Virus record (IMG/VR): IMGVR_UViG_3300017917_002605
Location: 46,471 to 110,470 of that record
Strand: one strand, 5' to 3'
DNA: 64,000 nucleotides
DNA from: a virus
Taxonomy: Duplodnaviria; Heunggongvirae; Uroviricota; Caudoviricetes
The notes beneath the pieces were generated by a model. That model worked only from the letters and a program-made list of their open reading frames with translations. It was not told the origin of the DNA and made no database searches. Positions 1 through 9,614 of the stretch are shown here, piece after piece. The position numbers and the translations under genes are program-made. How positions within the stretch are numbered: the stretch's first letter is position 1; every line of letters begins with the position of its first letter.

Positions 1-25
1 TTGCTGACGTATTAAGGAAAATTAA

Positions 26-196
26 ATGAGTGATGCAAAATTAAAAGAAGATGCACCCGTTAATGCGGTTGGCGGTGGTCAGATTGCAGGCGCTGGTGTT
101 GGCCCACAAGGTGAACCTGGTGTTAAAAAAGTTAAACGTAAAGTTATGCCATTAATGGCGTTTGTTCGTAGAAAACTACCACAACAGGTGAAATGA
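26..196 (+). CDS. small hypothetical protein (56 aa, Gly-rich)
   Basis: ATG at 26 after AAGGAAAATTAA RBS; stop overlaps next start (ATGA); below the ORF-track size cutoff. Confidence 0.3.
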   Translation: MSDAKLKEDAPVNAVGGGQIAGAGVGPQGEPGVKKVKRKVMPLMAFVRRKLPQQVK

Positions 197-645
197 TGTG
201 GTTACTTAAATTTCTACCTGACTGGTTCTTCTATCTCATATTACTAGGTGGCATACTTGGTAATATTGCTGCATGGGCATTTTCTTTTATACCTTTCATC
301 AGTAAATATTTACTGCCTATAAGAGTTGTTTCTATTGTTGCTGTCGTTGTTGGTTTGTTTATGTCTGGTGCCATATACAACGAAAACGTTTGGCAAGCAA
401 GAGTGAAAGAGCTTGAGTTGAAGGTTGCAGAATCTGAAGCCAAATCAGCAAAAGAAAATGTGAAATTGGTAGAAAAAATTGTAACAAAGACACAAATTGT
501 TCGTGTACAAGGTGAAGAAGTTATTAAGTATATTGACCGTGAAATTGTCAAATATGATGACAAGTTTGCAAAAGGTGGTCAGTGTGAAATACCTTCTGAA
601 TTTTATAAAGCATTAAATAATGCTGCAGAGGATTCACGCAAATGA
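193..645 (+). CDS. i-spanin-like (Rz-like) inner-membrane lysis protein
   Basis: N-terminal hydrophobic segments then coiled-coil periplasmic domain; directly upstream of a lipoprotein ORF and the endolysin. Confidence 0.5.
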   Translation: MMWLLKFLPDWFFYLILLGGILGNIAAWAFSFIPFISKYLLPIRVVSIVAVVVGLFMSGAIYNENVWQARVKELELKVAESEAKSAKENVKLVEKIVTKTQIVRVQGEEVIKYIDREIVKYDDKFAKGGQCEIPSEFYKALNNAAEDSRK

Positions 646-905
646 AAAAACTTCTAGCATTAGTTTTGGTCTTCATGTTCGCTGGTTGCACAAGCGTACC
701 TGTTAAAAGAAAGTTTCCAGAGGTACCTGACACTCTAAAGGTGAAATGTCCTCAATTGAAAAAATTAGATGATGGTGCAAAGTTAAGTGATATATCTAAA
801 AACATAACTGAAAATTATACCACTTATTATGAATGTGCTATTAAAACTGACTCTTGGATTGAATGGTATGACACTCAGAAAAAAATATTTGAAGAGGTCA
901 AGTAA
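642..905 (+). CDS. o-spanin-like outer-membrane lipoprotein
   Basis: Signal peptide with lipobox (LVFMFAGC); ATGA overlap with upstream and downstream genes in the lysis cassette. Confidence 0.55.
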   Translation: MKKLLALVLVFMFAGCTSVPVKRKFPEVPDTLKVKCPQLKKLDDGAKLSDISKNITENYTTYYECAIKTDSWIEWYDTQKKIFEEVK

Positions 906-1528
906 TGGAATTAACATTAGAGCAACTAAAACAGTTGCTACCAAAGAATCCATACGTGGAGCATTGGCATCGTGCATTGGCACAGTTATTGCCAGATTAT
1001 GAAATAAACACACCACAACGTATTGCTGCCTTTGTGGCACAATGCGCTCACGAATCTGGTGGTTTCATGGTTCTAAAAGAGAACCTAAATTACAGAGCAG
1101 AAACGCTTCGTAAAATTTTTCCAAAGTATTTTCCTACTGATGCACTTGCAAGGGAATACGCATCTAAACCAAACAAACAAGAAGCAATCGCAAATCGTGT
1201 CTATGCCAATCGCATGGGTAACGGTCCTGAAGAATCAGGTGACGGTTACAAGTATTGCGGCCGTGGTTTGATTCAATTAACCGGTAAACAAAATTACTCA
1301 TGGTTTGCAGCTTCACTAGAAATCTCAGTGGAAGAAGCATCCGAATACCTTCAAACATTCGAAGGTGCAGCACAGTCTGCATGTTGGTTCTGGGAGACAA
1401 ACAATCTTAACCAGTGGGCCGACAAAGGTGATATTTTAACATTAACCAAACGTATCAATGGTGGTACGATTGGACTTGAGGACAGAATTAAGCACTATCA
1501 GCACGCTTTACACGTATTAGGAGTGTAA
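905..1528 (+). CDS. endolysin, glycoside hydrolase family 19 (chitinase-like)
   Basis: GH19-type motifs (…YANRMGNGPEESGDGYKYCGRGLIQLTGKQNY…); sits in the lysis cassette. Confidence 0.8.
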   Translation: MELTLEQLKQLLPKNPYVEHWHRALAQLLPDYEINTPQRIAAFVAQCAHESGGFMVLKENLNYRAETLRKIFPKYFPTDALAREYASKPNKQEAIANRVYANRMGNGPEESGDGYKYCGRGLIQLTGKQNYSWFAASLEISVEEASEYLQTFEGAAQSACWFWETNNLNQWADKGDILTLTKRINGGTIGLEDRIKHYQHALHVLGV

Positions 1529-1529
1529 A

Positions 1530-1826
1530 ATGAATGATAGAAAACTAGGCAAGTGGTTACTATTGCTGTTGTTGTTACCTCTTGGCTTGGCTTATTTCAG
1601 CGGGGACAGATTCCGTTACCCGTGCCAAGACCCAGCAAACTGGGATAAAGATTTTTGTAAAATGCCTCAATGCGATGTGCGTAGGGAGTGTCCTGAACAC
1701 ATCTTCAAAGGCCAACGTGACCCAAGATTAGGACCCCCAAAAGATGAACCAACTAAAACTACTGTTGTACAAGGTACGCCTGTACCTGCTGGACCTGTTA
1801 ACCAAGGAGCAAACTGTGGAAAATAA
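1530..1826 (+). CDS. secreted Cys-rich small protein
   Basis: N-terminal signal peptide (poly-Leu); 6 Cys. Confidence 0.5.
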   Translation: MNDRKLGKWLLLLLLLPLGLAYFSGDRFRYPCQDPANWDKDFCKMPQCDVRRECPEHIFKGQRDPRLGPPKDEPTKTTVVQGTPVPAGPVNQGANCGK

Positions 1827-1857
1827 AGAAAGCTTCATTTACACAGAAGAACAATTA

Positions 1858-2316
1858 ATGGCTCGCCTGAAGTTCTTCATAGGCATCTGTTTGTCATTGA
1901 CTCTGTTTGGTATTGTATTTGTCGTTTTGTATTCTTTGATTTTCGTTACACAACCTCTTAACGCTATTTCTCCAATCGACCAGAAGTTCTTTGAGTTGAT
2001 TGTTCCTATTGCCACATTCTTGACTGGTACCTTGTCTGGTATCATGTTGGCTGGTGGTGATAAAGAGGCACAGAGAAAAGCACTTGATGCCGCTAATAAA
2101 GGTTGGGATAAACCACCTACACCGCCTGCGCCGGTAATAAATAACACACCAAATTCTTTTGGCACATCTTTCAATTCAACACCTACACCTTCTTTTGGTG
2201 GTGGTTTTAATGGAACGAGTGCTGTTGATTTTGGTACTCCAAGTTTTACACCACAGGTAGTAACAGGTTTTGGTGGTAAACCAATGCCAGTACAACCTCC
2301 GCAACCAGAGTTATAA
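1858..2316 (+). CDS. membrane protein with Pro/Gly-rich C-terminus (holin/antiholin candidate)
   Basis: 2-3 predicted TM helices; start chosen at first ATG after the upstream stop; next to lysis genes. Confidence 0.45.
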   Translation: MARLKFFIGICLSLTLFGIVFVVLYSLIFVTQPLNAISPIDQKFFELIVPIATFLTGTLSGIMLAGGDKEAQRKALDAANKGWDKPPTPPAPVINNTPNSFGTSFNSTPTPSFGGGFNGTSAVDFGTPSFTPQVVTGFGGKPMPVQPPQPEL

Positions 2317-2317
2317 G

Positions 2318-2548
2318 ATGGAATGGATGAGAAGTATGTTTGCAGACGGAGAAGATAACTCCGTTTCAAGCAAGAGAGTAATTACCGCATTGGCGTTTGT
2401 CATGTGCGGTATTGCTTTCATGGTTGATTTGTTTACTGATTATAAAATTACTCCGGCATTGTTTGATTCTATGATGTACATTGTGGTTGCTGGGTTAGGT
2501 TTCACTGCTTCTGAAAAGTTTGCCACAAAAAGGAATAAAAATGACTAA
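2318..2548 (+). CDS. small 2-TM membrane protein (class II holin-like candidate)
   Basis: Two hydrophobic helices and a charged C-terminus; ATG overlaps upstream stop. Confidence 0.45.
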   Translation: MEWMRSMFADGEDNSVSSKRVITALAFVMCGIAFMVDLFTDYKITPALFDSMMYIVVAGLGFTASEKFATKRNKND

Positions 2549-2741
2549 AATACTAGGTGTCCTGCTATTATGTGTTTCATCACTAGCATTTGCTGCTGAA
2601 GAAAAAACCGTGTGTATCGATAGAATTGGTAAAGATGGTAAAGTTGTTGTAGGTAAGGACGGAAAACCACAACAAGACTGTCGTAAAATGAAGGTACACA
2701 AAAAATTAGAAGGTACGCCTGTACCAGAAAAGAAAAAATAA
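2541..2741 (+). CDS. small secreted protein
   Basis: Strong RBS AAAAAGGAATAAAAATG; signal peptide MTKILGVLLLCVSSLAFA. Confidence 0.5.
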   Translation: MTKILGVLLLCVSSLAFAAEEKTVCIDRIGKDGKVVVGKDGKPQQDCRKMKVHKKLEGTPVPEKKK

Positions 2742-3178
2742 TGGCAGACCAGTGCGAAGTTGAGTTGAAGGTAGATGTTGGCGTCCTGAAAACCCAGGTT
2801 GCCGCAGTCACTATGCTGTGTGACAAAATGGATAAGGTTATAGAAAAATTAGTCGAGAACCAACAAAAGATGGCAGACAACATTTACAATGAAATACAAA
2901 AACGTGAAGATGATACGACTAGAGATATCAAGGAATTGCATTCCCGTATCACTACCGTTGACAGAAATCTATCAGATAAGATAGAATTGACTGAACGCCG
3001 TATCATGGAAGAAATTAAAGCATTGCGTAATCAAATCGAAACACACAACAAAAAAGAAGATTCCGAACTTGAGAAGATTCTTAAATGGAAGTGGATGTTG
3101 GTAGGTGGCGCAGTTGCGGTAGGTTGGTTACTATCAAACGTAAATCTCACAGTACTAGGCAAACTTTTCGGCCAGTAA
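2741..3178 (+). CDS. coiled-coil protein with C-terminal TM anchor
   Basis: TAATG overlap; heptad-rich; hydrophobic C-terminus. Confidence 0.55.
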   Translation: MADQCEVELKVDVGVLKTQVAAVTMLCDKMDKVIEKLVENQQKMADNIYNEIQKREDDTTRDIKELHSRITTVDRNLSDKIELTERRIMEEIKALRNQIETHNKKEDSELEKILKWKWMLVGGAVAVGWLLSNVNLTVLGKLFGQ

Positions 3179-3187
3179 TCTTTTGAC

Positions 3188-3216
3188 TTGACACCGCTTC
3201 GGCGGTGTGTTACATT
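3188..3216 (+). promoter_or_regulatory. sigma70-like promoter TTGACA-N17-TACATT overlapping a GC hairpin (CACCGC-TTCG-GCGGTG)
   Basis: Upstream of the primase gene. Confidence 0.45.
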
Positions 3217-3223
3217 ATACATT

Positions 3224-4258
3224 ATGAGTTTATCCCTTGATTTGAAATATACCCATCTTGTCTCTACAAGATTGCCAGGATTCACCCGAAAGGGTGATTA
3301 TCTTTTTAATTGCCGTTGCCCGATTTGTGGAGATTCTAAAAAGAACCTACATAAAATGCGTGGGTTCGTTTACAAGAAAGGCAACGACCTCTTTTACAAA
3401 TGTCACAACTGTGGCGCAGGACTTTCCCTTGGTAATCTCATCAAACAACTCGATTCCTCGTTATATAAAGAATACGTACTTGAACGATACAAGACGGGTG
3501 AAGATGGTGTCGCCAATCGTTCCAATACAGCCATATCAGTCCCAACACCGAGATTCGGTAAGGTCTCAGACGTTCTATCGTTTGAAAACCTCGAGCGATG
3601 TGATAGGTTGCCAGCTGGACATTTTTGTCTAACATATCTGGAATCACGTAAGATTCCAAAAGAGTTTTATTCTAAACTCTATTTCACTGCAAACTACAAA
3701 AAGTTCTGCGATGAAATGAATCCCAATCATGGTAAAGAAAAACTGTCTTCAGATGAAAGACTGGTTATTCCTTACTTTGATGAATACAACGGTCTAATGG
3801 CAGTGTCAGGCCGTGCCTTGCGAACCGCAGATAACAAACTTCGATACATTGTCGTTCGGGCGAATGATAGTGAGGAGAAGTTATATTTTGGTCGTGAAAG
3901 GTTAAATACTAATGAGACAGTTTATATCGTTGAGGGTCAGCTAGATTCGTTGTTCCTCAAGAATTGTATTGCTTCTTGTGATTCATCATTGACATTGACA
4001 GCTGAAAAAATTTCAGCACCTAATAAAATTTTAATCTTTGACAATGAACCACGAAATAAAGAAATCGTGAATTTGATGCAGGATGCAATCAAGATGAACT
4101 ATAATATTGTTATTTGGCCTGATAATGTGGATGGCAAAGACATTAATGAAATGGTTCAGAATGGTTTATCACCCTCTGAAATCCATAACATTATAAGTAG
4201 TAACACATTCAAAGGTCTTGAAGCACAAGCGAAATTTGTTTTTTGGAAGAAAGTATAA
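3224..4258 (+). CDS. 61: DNA primase (T4 gp61-like, zinc-ribbon + TOPRIM)
   Basis: CPICGDSKKN…CHNCG zinc ribbon and TOPRIM-like IVEGQLDSLFL, similar to T4 gp61; start at ATG 3224 after a promoter-like TTGACA-N17-TACATT. Confidence 0.8.
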   Translation: MSLSLDLKYTHLVSTRLPGFTRKGDYLFNCRCPICGDSKKNLHKMRGFVYKKGNDLFYKCHNCGAGLSLGNLIKQLDSSLYKEYVLERYKTGEDGVANRSNTAISVPTPRFGKVSDVLSFENLERCDRLPAGHFCLTYLESRKIPKEFYSKLYFTANYKKFCDEMNPNHGKEKLSSDERLVIPYFDEYNGLMAVSGRALRTADNKLRYIVVRANDSEEKLYFGRERLNTNETVYIVEGQLDSLFLKNCIASCDSSLTLTAEKISAPNKILIFDNEPRNKEIVNLMQDAIKMNYNIVIWPDNVDGKDINEMVQNGLSPSEIHNIISSNTFKGLEAQAKFVFWKKV

Positions 4259-4259
4259 T

Positions 4260-4940
4260 ATGAAAGTGAAATTAGTTAGTTCAAGCAAACCCTCACGTGA
4301 AATGGCCAGTGAAGGTTTATATGATGCACAGGAATTGATTGCGTTCTGTGCTCGTGTTTCAAACCCAAGTAATCAATTCAACACCGACACATCAGAAAAA
4401 CTCATTCGATATCTAATTAAGCATAAACATTGGTCTCCTCTGGAGATGGTTTCTGCTTGTTTGGAAATCGAAACCACCCGTGACATTGCAAGACAAATCT
4501 TGCGTCACCGTTCATTCTCTTTTCAGGAATTCAGCCAACGTTATGCTGACCCTGTTAAGGAACTAGATTTTGTATTACGTGAAGCACGTTTGCAAGATAC
4601 CAAAAATCGCCAAAATAGTATCGATATGGAACCAACTATCGGCAATGCCATGATTCAAGATGAATGGAAGGCACGCCAGTTGGATATTATCAGAGCAGTT
4701 AAAGATACATACGAATGGGCTATGAATCATGGTATCGCCAAAGAACAGGCACGTGCAGTATTGCCAGAGGGTCTTACTGTGTCACGTTTGTACATGAATG
4801 GCACCTTGCGTTCATGGATTCATTTCATTGAACTCCGTAGTGCCAATGGTACCCAGAAAGAACACATGTTGGTTGCTAGGGAGTGTGCAAAGGTAATTGC
4901 AGAAGTCTTCCCTATGGCAGCCGAATTCGTAAACCAATAA
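4260..4940 (+). CDS. thyX: flavin-dependent thymidylate synthase ThyX
   Basis: ThyX signature RHRSFSFQEFSQRY (RHRxxSxxxxSxRY). Confidence 0.85.
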   Translation: MKVKLVSSSKPSREMASEGLYDAQELIAFCARVSNPSNQFNTDTSEKLIRYLIKHKHWSPLEMVSACLEIETTRDIARQILRHRSFSFQEFSQRYADPVKELDFVLREARLQDTKNRQNSIDMEPTIGNAMIQDEWKARQLDIIRAVKDTYEWAMNHGIAKEQARAVLPEGLTVSRLYMNGTLRSWIHFIELRSANGTQKEHMLVARECAKVIAEVFPMAAEFVNQ

Positions 4941-4959
4941 TAAAATTCGGAGTTATTTA

Positions 4960-6750
4960 ATGGAAGATACTGTACATGGTATTAAGGTCGACTATTCCCG
5001 TGATAATTTGTTTGATGAACTGGGAATCAAGCGACTAAAAGAAAGTTATATGAGGGAGGAAGAAACCTCTCCACAGGAAAGATTCGCATATGTATCAAAG
5101 GCGTTCGGGTCGAATGAGGCGCATTCGCAACGTTTGTATGAGTATAGCAGTAAGCATTGGTTGTCATATTCTACTCCTATTCTCTCTTTTGGGCGTAGTC
5201 GCCGTGGCCTTCCTATATCATGTTTCTTACCTTATCTCCACGATAGTGCAGAAGGTCTGGTCGATACTCTCGCTGAAGTAAATTGGCTGTCAATGTTAGG
5301 AGGCGGCGTTGGAATTGGACTTGGTATTCGTTCTGCTGATGATAAATCTACTGGCGTCATGCCTCATCTCCGCACTTATGATGCGTCAAGCCTCGCATAT
5401 CGCCAAGGTCGTACTCGCCGTGGTTCTTATGCCGCTTATCTTGATATCTCTCACCCAGATATTCTTATATTTTTGGAAATGAGAAAACCAACCGGTGACC
5501 CAAACATGAGAGCATTGAACCTGCATCATGGTATCAATATCACCGATGATTTCATGCAACTGGTTGAGAAGTCAATGCTTGACCGTGATGCTGATGATAC
5601 ATGGGAACTAAAAGACCCCCACAGTGGTGAAGTGCGTGACAAAGTATCTGCTCGTGAATTGTGGCAGGCCATCCTCGATATGCGTATGCATACTGGTGAA
5701 CCATACATTCATTTCATCGATACAAGTAATCGCATGATGCCCCAGTTTCAGAAGGACAAAGGCCTGCGTATCAACCAGTCCAATCTCTGTTCTGAAATCA
5801 TTCTGCCAACCGACAAAAACCGTACTGCTGTTTGTTGTTTGTCTTCCGTCAATCTAGAATACTATGATGAATGGAAGAATGACCCGTTGTTCTTGGCTGA
5901 TATGGCTGAAATGTTAGACAACGTTCTACAATACTTCATTGATAATGCACCTGCACCAGTTGCTCGTGCTGTATTCTCTGCAACACAAGAACGTAGTATT
6001 GGTGTTGGTGCTCTAGGTTTCCATGCGTATCTACAGAAGAATGGTATTGCATTTGAAAGCGCAATGGCCAAATCTGCCAACATTCGTATGTTCAAACATG
6101 TTAGAGCAAAATTGGATGAAGCCAATCTGAAACTTGGTGCAGAAAGAGGTGAGGCACCAGATTGTGCAGGTACTGGCCGTAGATTTGCACACGTTATGGC
6201 AGTGGCACCAAATGCATCTAGTTCTATTCTGATGGGTAACACTTCACCATCTATCGAACCTCTACGTGCTAATGCATACAGACAAGATACGTTAAGTGGT
6301 TCTTCACTGAATAAGAACAAGTGGTTAGATAAAATTCTGCGTGAAAGAGTGCAGAAAGAGGAAGAATACCAAGATATCTGGTCATCCATTATTGCAAACG
6401 ATGGCTCCGTACAACATCTAGATATTCTTTCTAATGAAGAAAAAGAAGTGTTCAAAACTTCCATGGAAATTGACCAACGCTGGGTGATTGAACATGCTGC
6501 TGACCGTCAAGAATATATTGACCAGGCACAGTCGTTGAATCTATTCTTCCGTCCTGATGTGCATGTGAAGTATCTACACGCTGTACATTTCTTGGCATGG
6601 AAAAAAGGTTTGAAGACACTTTACTACTGCCGTTCAGAGAAATTGGCAAAGGCAGACAAAGTATCAAAACGCATCGAGCGTGAAGTTATCAAAGAATTGG
6701 ACATGAGCGCCATTGCACAAGGTAACGAATGTTTGGCTTGCGAAGGTTAA
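4960..6750 (+). CDS. nrdA: ribonucleotide reductase class I large subunit (NrdA-like, no obvious ATP cone)
   Basis: Active-site NLCSEIILPT; C-terminal CLACEG redox pair; followed by trx-like and nrdB. Confidence 0.9.
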   Translation: MEDTVHGIKVDYSRDNLFDELGIKRLKESYMREEETSPQERFAYVSKAFGSNEAHSQRLYEYSSKHWLSYSTPILSFGRSRRGLPISCFLPYLHDSAEGLVDTLAEVNWLSMLGGGVGIGLGIRSADDKSTGVMPHLRTYDASSLAYRQGRTRRGSYAAYLDISHPDILIFLEMRKPTGDPNMRALNLHHGINITDDFMQLVEKSMLDRDADDTWELKDPHSGEVRDKVSARELWQAILDMRMHTGEPYIHFIDTSNRMMPQFQKDKGLRINQSNLCSEIILPTDKNRTAVCCLSSVNLEYYDEWKNDPLFLADMAEMLDNVLQYFIDNAPAPVARAVFSATQERSIGVGALGFHAYLQKNGIAFESAMAKSANIRMFKHVRAKLDEANLKLGAERGEAPDCAGTGRRFAHVMAVAPNASSSILMGNTSPSIEPLRANAYRQDTLSGSSLNKNKWLDKILRERVQKEEEYQDIWSSIIANDGSVQHLDILSNEEKEVFKTSMEIDQRWVIEHAADRQEYIDQAQSLNLFFRPDVHVKYLHAVHFLAWKKGLKTLYYCRSEKLAKADKVSKRIEREVIKELDMSAIAQGNECLACEG

Positions 6751-6751
6751 G

Positions 6752-7399
6752 ATGGCCCACATTATTGCCAATTTACCTCCGGTTAAATGTTTTGTAAGAA
6801 AAGAGTTTCTTTATGACTTTGAACACGGTCATGGGGAACTCGTTCCTTGTTGGTGGGTGTCGGTAAAATCTCTAAGGGGTCAAGCTTTTCGTATTGAAGC
6901 CTATCTAAATGAATATGGCGCACTATACGATAAGTTGCCCCTACATGCATTTTGTTGGAAACCTATCGAAGGTGAACCTTTGCCTTTGGATTACTTGCAA
7001 TTGTGGGACTGTTTGAGTTATGATATAACTGTGATAAAGAAAGCACAGTTGCAGTCCATGAAGTGTAAAATTAAACTGAAAGATGGTAATTGGGCATTCG
7101 GTGAGTATATGTTCACTGTAGATTCTGCTCATCCAGATTTTAATATCATAGATACCGGTTTCAGTGAAGACGTTGAAGACCATAAATCTTACAATTTCGT
7201 AAAACTAGATAATGGTCAATTTGCTGCTCAACCAAACAACCGTATGTTGGTTTTGGAACCAAGTAGTAATCCTAAAGAGTTGAAGGTGCCTGATTTCCGT
7301 GTTGCGACAAAACGTTGGTCGGTTGAAACAGAAGCAAAATGGGCTCTAGGTGAAACAAACACCGTAATGTACGAAATAAAAGAAAAAGGAAAGAAATGA
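6752..7399 (+). CDS. hypothetical protein (between nrdA and the trx-like gene)
   Basis: ORF with RBS AAGGTTAAGATG; no recognisable motif. Confidence 0.5.
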   Translation: MAHIIANLPPVKCFVRKEFLYDFEHGHGELVPCWWVSVKSLRGQAFRIEAYLNEYGALYDKLPLHAFCWKPIEGEPLPLDYLQLWDCLSYDITVIKKAQLQSMKCKIKLKDGNWAFGEYMFTVDSAHPDFNIIDTGFSEDVEDHKSYNFVKLDNGQFAAQPNNRMLVLEPSSNPKELKVPDFRVATKRWSVETEAKWALGETNTVMYEIKEKGKK

Positions 7400-7641
7400 G
7401 AGAACTATTAAAATTTTCGGCATCGTGGTGCCAACCTTGCAAGATGCTTGCAAGCAATATGAAAAGTGTGGATTTTGGTGATTTGTCAGTCAAAGAAATC
7501 GATATCGATGAAAACTTTGATGACGCTAAGAGTTATAATATTCGTGGTGTTCCAACACTTGTTTTGTTGGAAGATGGTAAAGAAATCAAAAGACAATCTG
7601 GTGTTATGACTGCTGACAAGATTAAGGAATTCATCAAATGA
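7396..7641 (+). CDS. thioredoxin-like protein
   Basis: WCQPC active site (cf. WCGPC); 81 aa; sits in the nrd operon. Confidence 0.7.
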   Translation: MRELLKFSASWCQPCKMLASNMKSVDFGDLSVKEIDIDENFDDAKSYNIRGVPTLVLLEDGKEIKRQSGVMTADKIKEFIK

Positions 7642-8630
7642 TTAAGAAAGCTTCAACTAAACTAACAGACGAACGAAGCAGTTTTAAACCGTTCGCATAT
7701 CCATGGGCATATGAGGCGTGGCTAAAACACGAACAATCGCATTGGTTACACACTGAGGTGCCAATGTTAGAAGATGTGAAAGATTGGAAGAAGAAACTAA
7801 CTGCTGAAGAAAAGCAATTCCTCACACACATCTTCCGCTTCTTCACACAAGGCGACATTGACGTTGCTGGTGGTTATGTGAAGAACTATCTTCCTTACTT
7901 CCCACAACCAGAGATTCGCATGATGCTTATGGGTTTCGCCGCACGTGAAGCACTTCACATTGCTGCATACTCACATTTGATTGAAACTCTTGGTCTACCA
8001 GAAACCATGTACAATGAATTCTTGGCTTACGAAGAAATGAGAGCCAAACACGATTATGTAACTGACTTATCAGGTAAAAATGGAACAAAAGAAAACACTG
8101 CAAGACATATTGCTGTATTCTCGGCCTTTACTGAGGGTATGCAGCTCTTTAGTTCTTTCATTATGTTGCTTAATTTTCCTCGTCATGGAAAAATGAAAGG
8201 CATGGGTCAGATTGTTACTTGGTCTATCGTTGATGAAACGATGCACGCCGAAAACATGATGAAACTGTTTAAAACATACATACAAGAAAACAATGAAATC
8301 TGGAATGATGACCTAAAGGCATCAATCTATACAATTGCCGAAAGAATGGTGGAATTGGAAGACAAGTTCATCGACCTGGCATTTGGTGTCAATCAGATGG
8401 AAAATCTAACGGCAGAAGATGTTAAGAAGTACATTCGTTACATCGCTGACCGCCGACTGATTGGTTTGGGTATGAAAGGCATCTTTAAAGTCAAGCGTAA
8501 TCCTTTGCCTTGGGTTGAAGAAATGATTAATGCACCTACACATACTAACTTTTTCGAAAATCGTGCTACAGACTATGCCAAGGGTGCATTAAGTGGGTCG
8601 TGGGATGATGTATGGGGTAAAGCCGCATGA
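7638..8630 (+). CDS. nrdB: ribonucleotide reductase class I small subunit (NrdB)
   Basis: Ferritin-like diiron motifs (…AREALHIAAYSHLIE…FTEGMQLFSSF…DETMHAENM). Confidence 0.9.
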   Translation: MIKKASTKLTDERSSFKPFAYPWAYEAWLKHEQSHWLHTEVPMLEDVKDWKKKLTAEEKQFLTHIFRFFTQGDIDVAGGYVKNYLPYFPQPEIRMMLMGFAAREALHIAAYSHLIETLGLPETMYNEFLAYEEMRAKHDYVTDLSGKNGTKENTARHIAVFSAFTEGMQLFSSFIMLLNFPRHGKMKGMGQIVTWSIVDETMHAENMMKLFKTYIQENNEIWNDDLKASIYTIAERMVELEDKFIDLAFGVNQMENLTAEDVKKYIRYIADRRLIGLGMKGIFKVKRNPLPWVEEMINAPTHTNFFENRATDYAKGALSGSWDDVWGKAA

Positions 8631-9061
8631 AAAAACTACTAGCAGTACTGTGCATGTTGCCTTTAATGGCATTTGCACAGAAAACACCACAAGGTGTAAC
8701 GTATGACGCACAAATCGTCCGTGTAAACGATGGCGATACAGTCGTTATCGCTGCACCTTTCCTACCCGCTCCATTGAAACCGGAGTTGGCAGTTCGCATC
8801 TATGGTGTTGATACACCAGAGAAAGGTTTCAGAGCACAATGTCCAGCCGAAGATGCCCGTGGCCAAGCAGCAACCAAGTTCACCAAAGATGCTGTTAATG
8901 CCGCACAAAAACGCCAAGTCACACTATATGCGTGGGACAAATTTGGTGGCCGTGTACTCGGTGACATTGTTCTAAATGGTCAATCATTACGTGCCATGCT
9001 GATTCAAAACGGTTATGCACGTGAATACTTTGGTGATGCCAAACAATCATGGTGTCAATGA
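8627..9061 (+). CDS. secreted staphylococcal-nuclease (SNase)-like nuclease
   Basis: Signal peptide; VNDGDTV…RIYGVDTPE thermonuclease motifs. Confidence 0.7.
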   Translation: MKKLLAVLCMLPLMAFAQKTPQGVTYDAQIVRVNDGDTVVIAAPFLPAPLKPELAVRIYGVDTPEKGFRAQCPAEDARGQAATKFTKDAVNAAQKRQVTLYAWDKFGGRVLGDIVLNGQSLRAMLIQNGYAREYFGDAKQSWCQ

Positions 9062-9198
9062 AACATCACTGTTCTGAGTGTGATTCTAAATTCACAATTC
9101 AGTACAGAGAAGAAGACTGCGAAGATAATCCTCATTACTGTCCCTTCTGTTCAACCTATATACTGGATGAAGAAGTGGAACAGGATGAAGATTATTAA
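9058..9198 (+). CDS. small zinc-ribbon protein (46 aa)
   Basis: CxxC…CxxC; ATGA and TAATG overlaps with flanking genes; below the ORF-track cutoff. Confidence 0.35.
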   Translation: MKHHCSECDSKFTIQYREEDCEDNPHYCPFCSTYILDEEVEQDEDY

Positions 9199-9614
9199 TG
9201 TGGTTTTATCATAATACAGGTGAACAGTTCAAAGAAGAAGACGCAGCCGATTATTTCGGCTTCGTCTATCTCATCACACATTTACCAACTGGTCGAAAAT
9301 ATGTTGGTAAAAAATTCTTTACAAAATCCCAAACAAGACAGGTCAAAGGCAAGAAAAGGAAATCTAGAGTTTCCTCGGATTGGCTCACCTATTGGGGTTC
9401 TAACGAAGAATTAAAAAAAGAAGTCAAAGAGAACGGGGAGGACCAATACACTAGAGAAATTCTGCATTTATGTAAATCAAGGTCCGCATGTAGTTATTGG
9501 GAGACCTGGGAAATATTCAATCGCCATGCACTACTCTCAGAATCCTATTACAATTCATGGGTGACCTGTAAGATTCACAAATCTCATGTTTTAGGGAAAA
9601 TTAATGGCTCGTAA
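9198..9614 (+). CDS. putative GIY-YIG-like endonuclease
   Basis: FVYLITHLPTGRKYVGKK resembles the GIY…YIG motif; size typical of homing-endonuclease-like genes. Confidence 0.4.
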   Translation: MWFYHNTGEQFKEEDAADYFGFVYLITHLPTGRKYVGKKFFTKSQTRQVKGKKRKSRVSSDWLTYWGSNEELKKEVKENGEDQYTREILHLCKSRSACSYWETWEIFNRHALLSESYYNSWVTCKIHKSHVLGKINGS

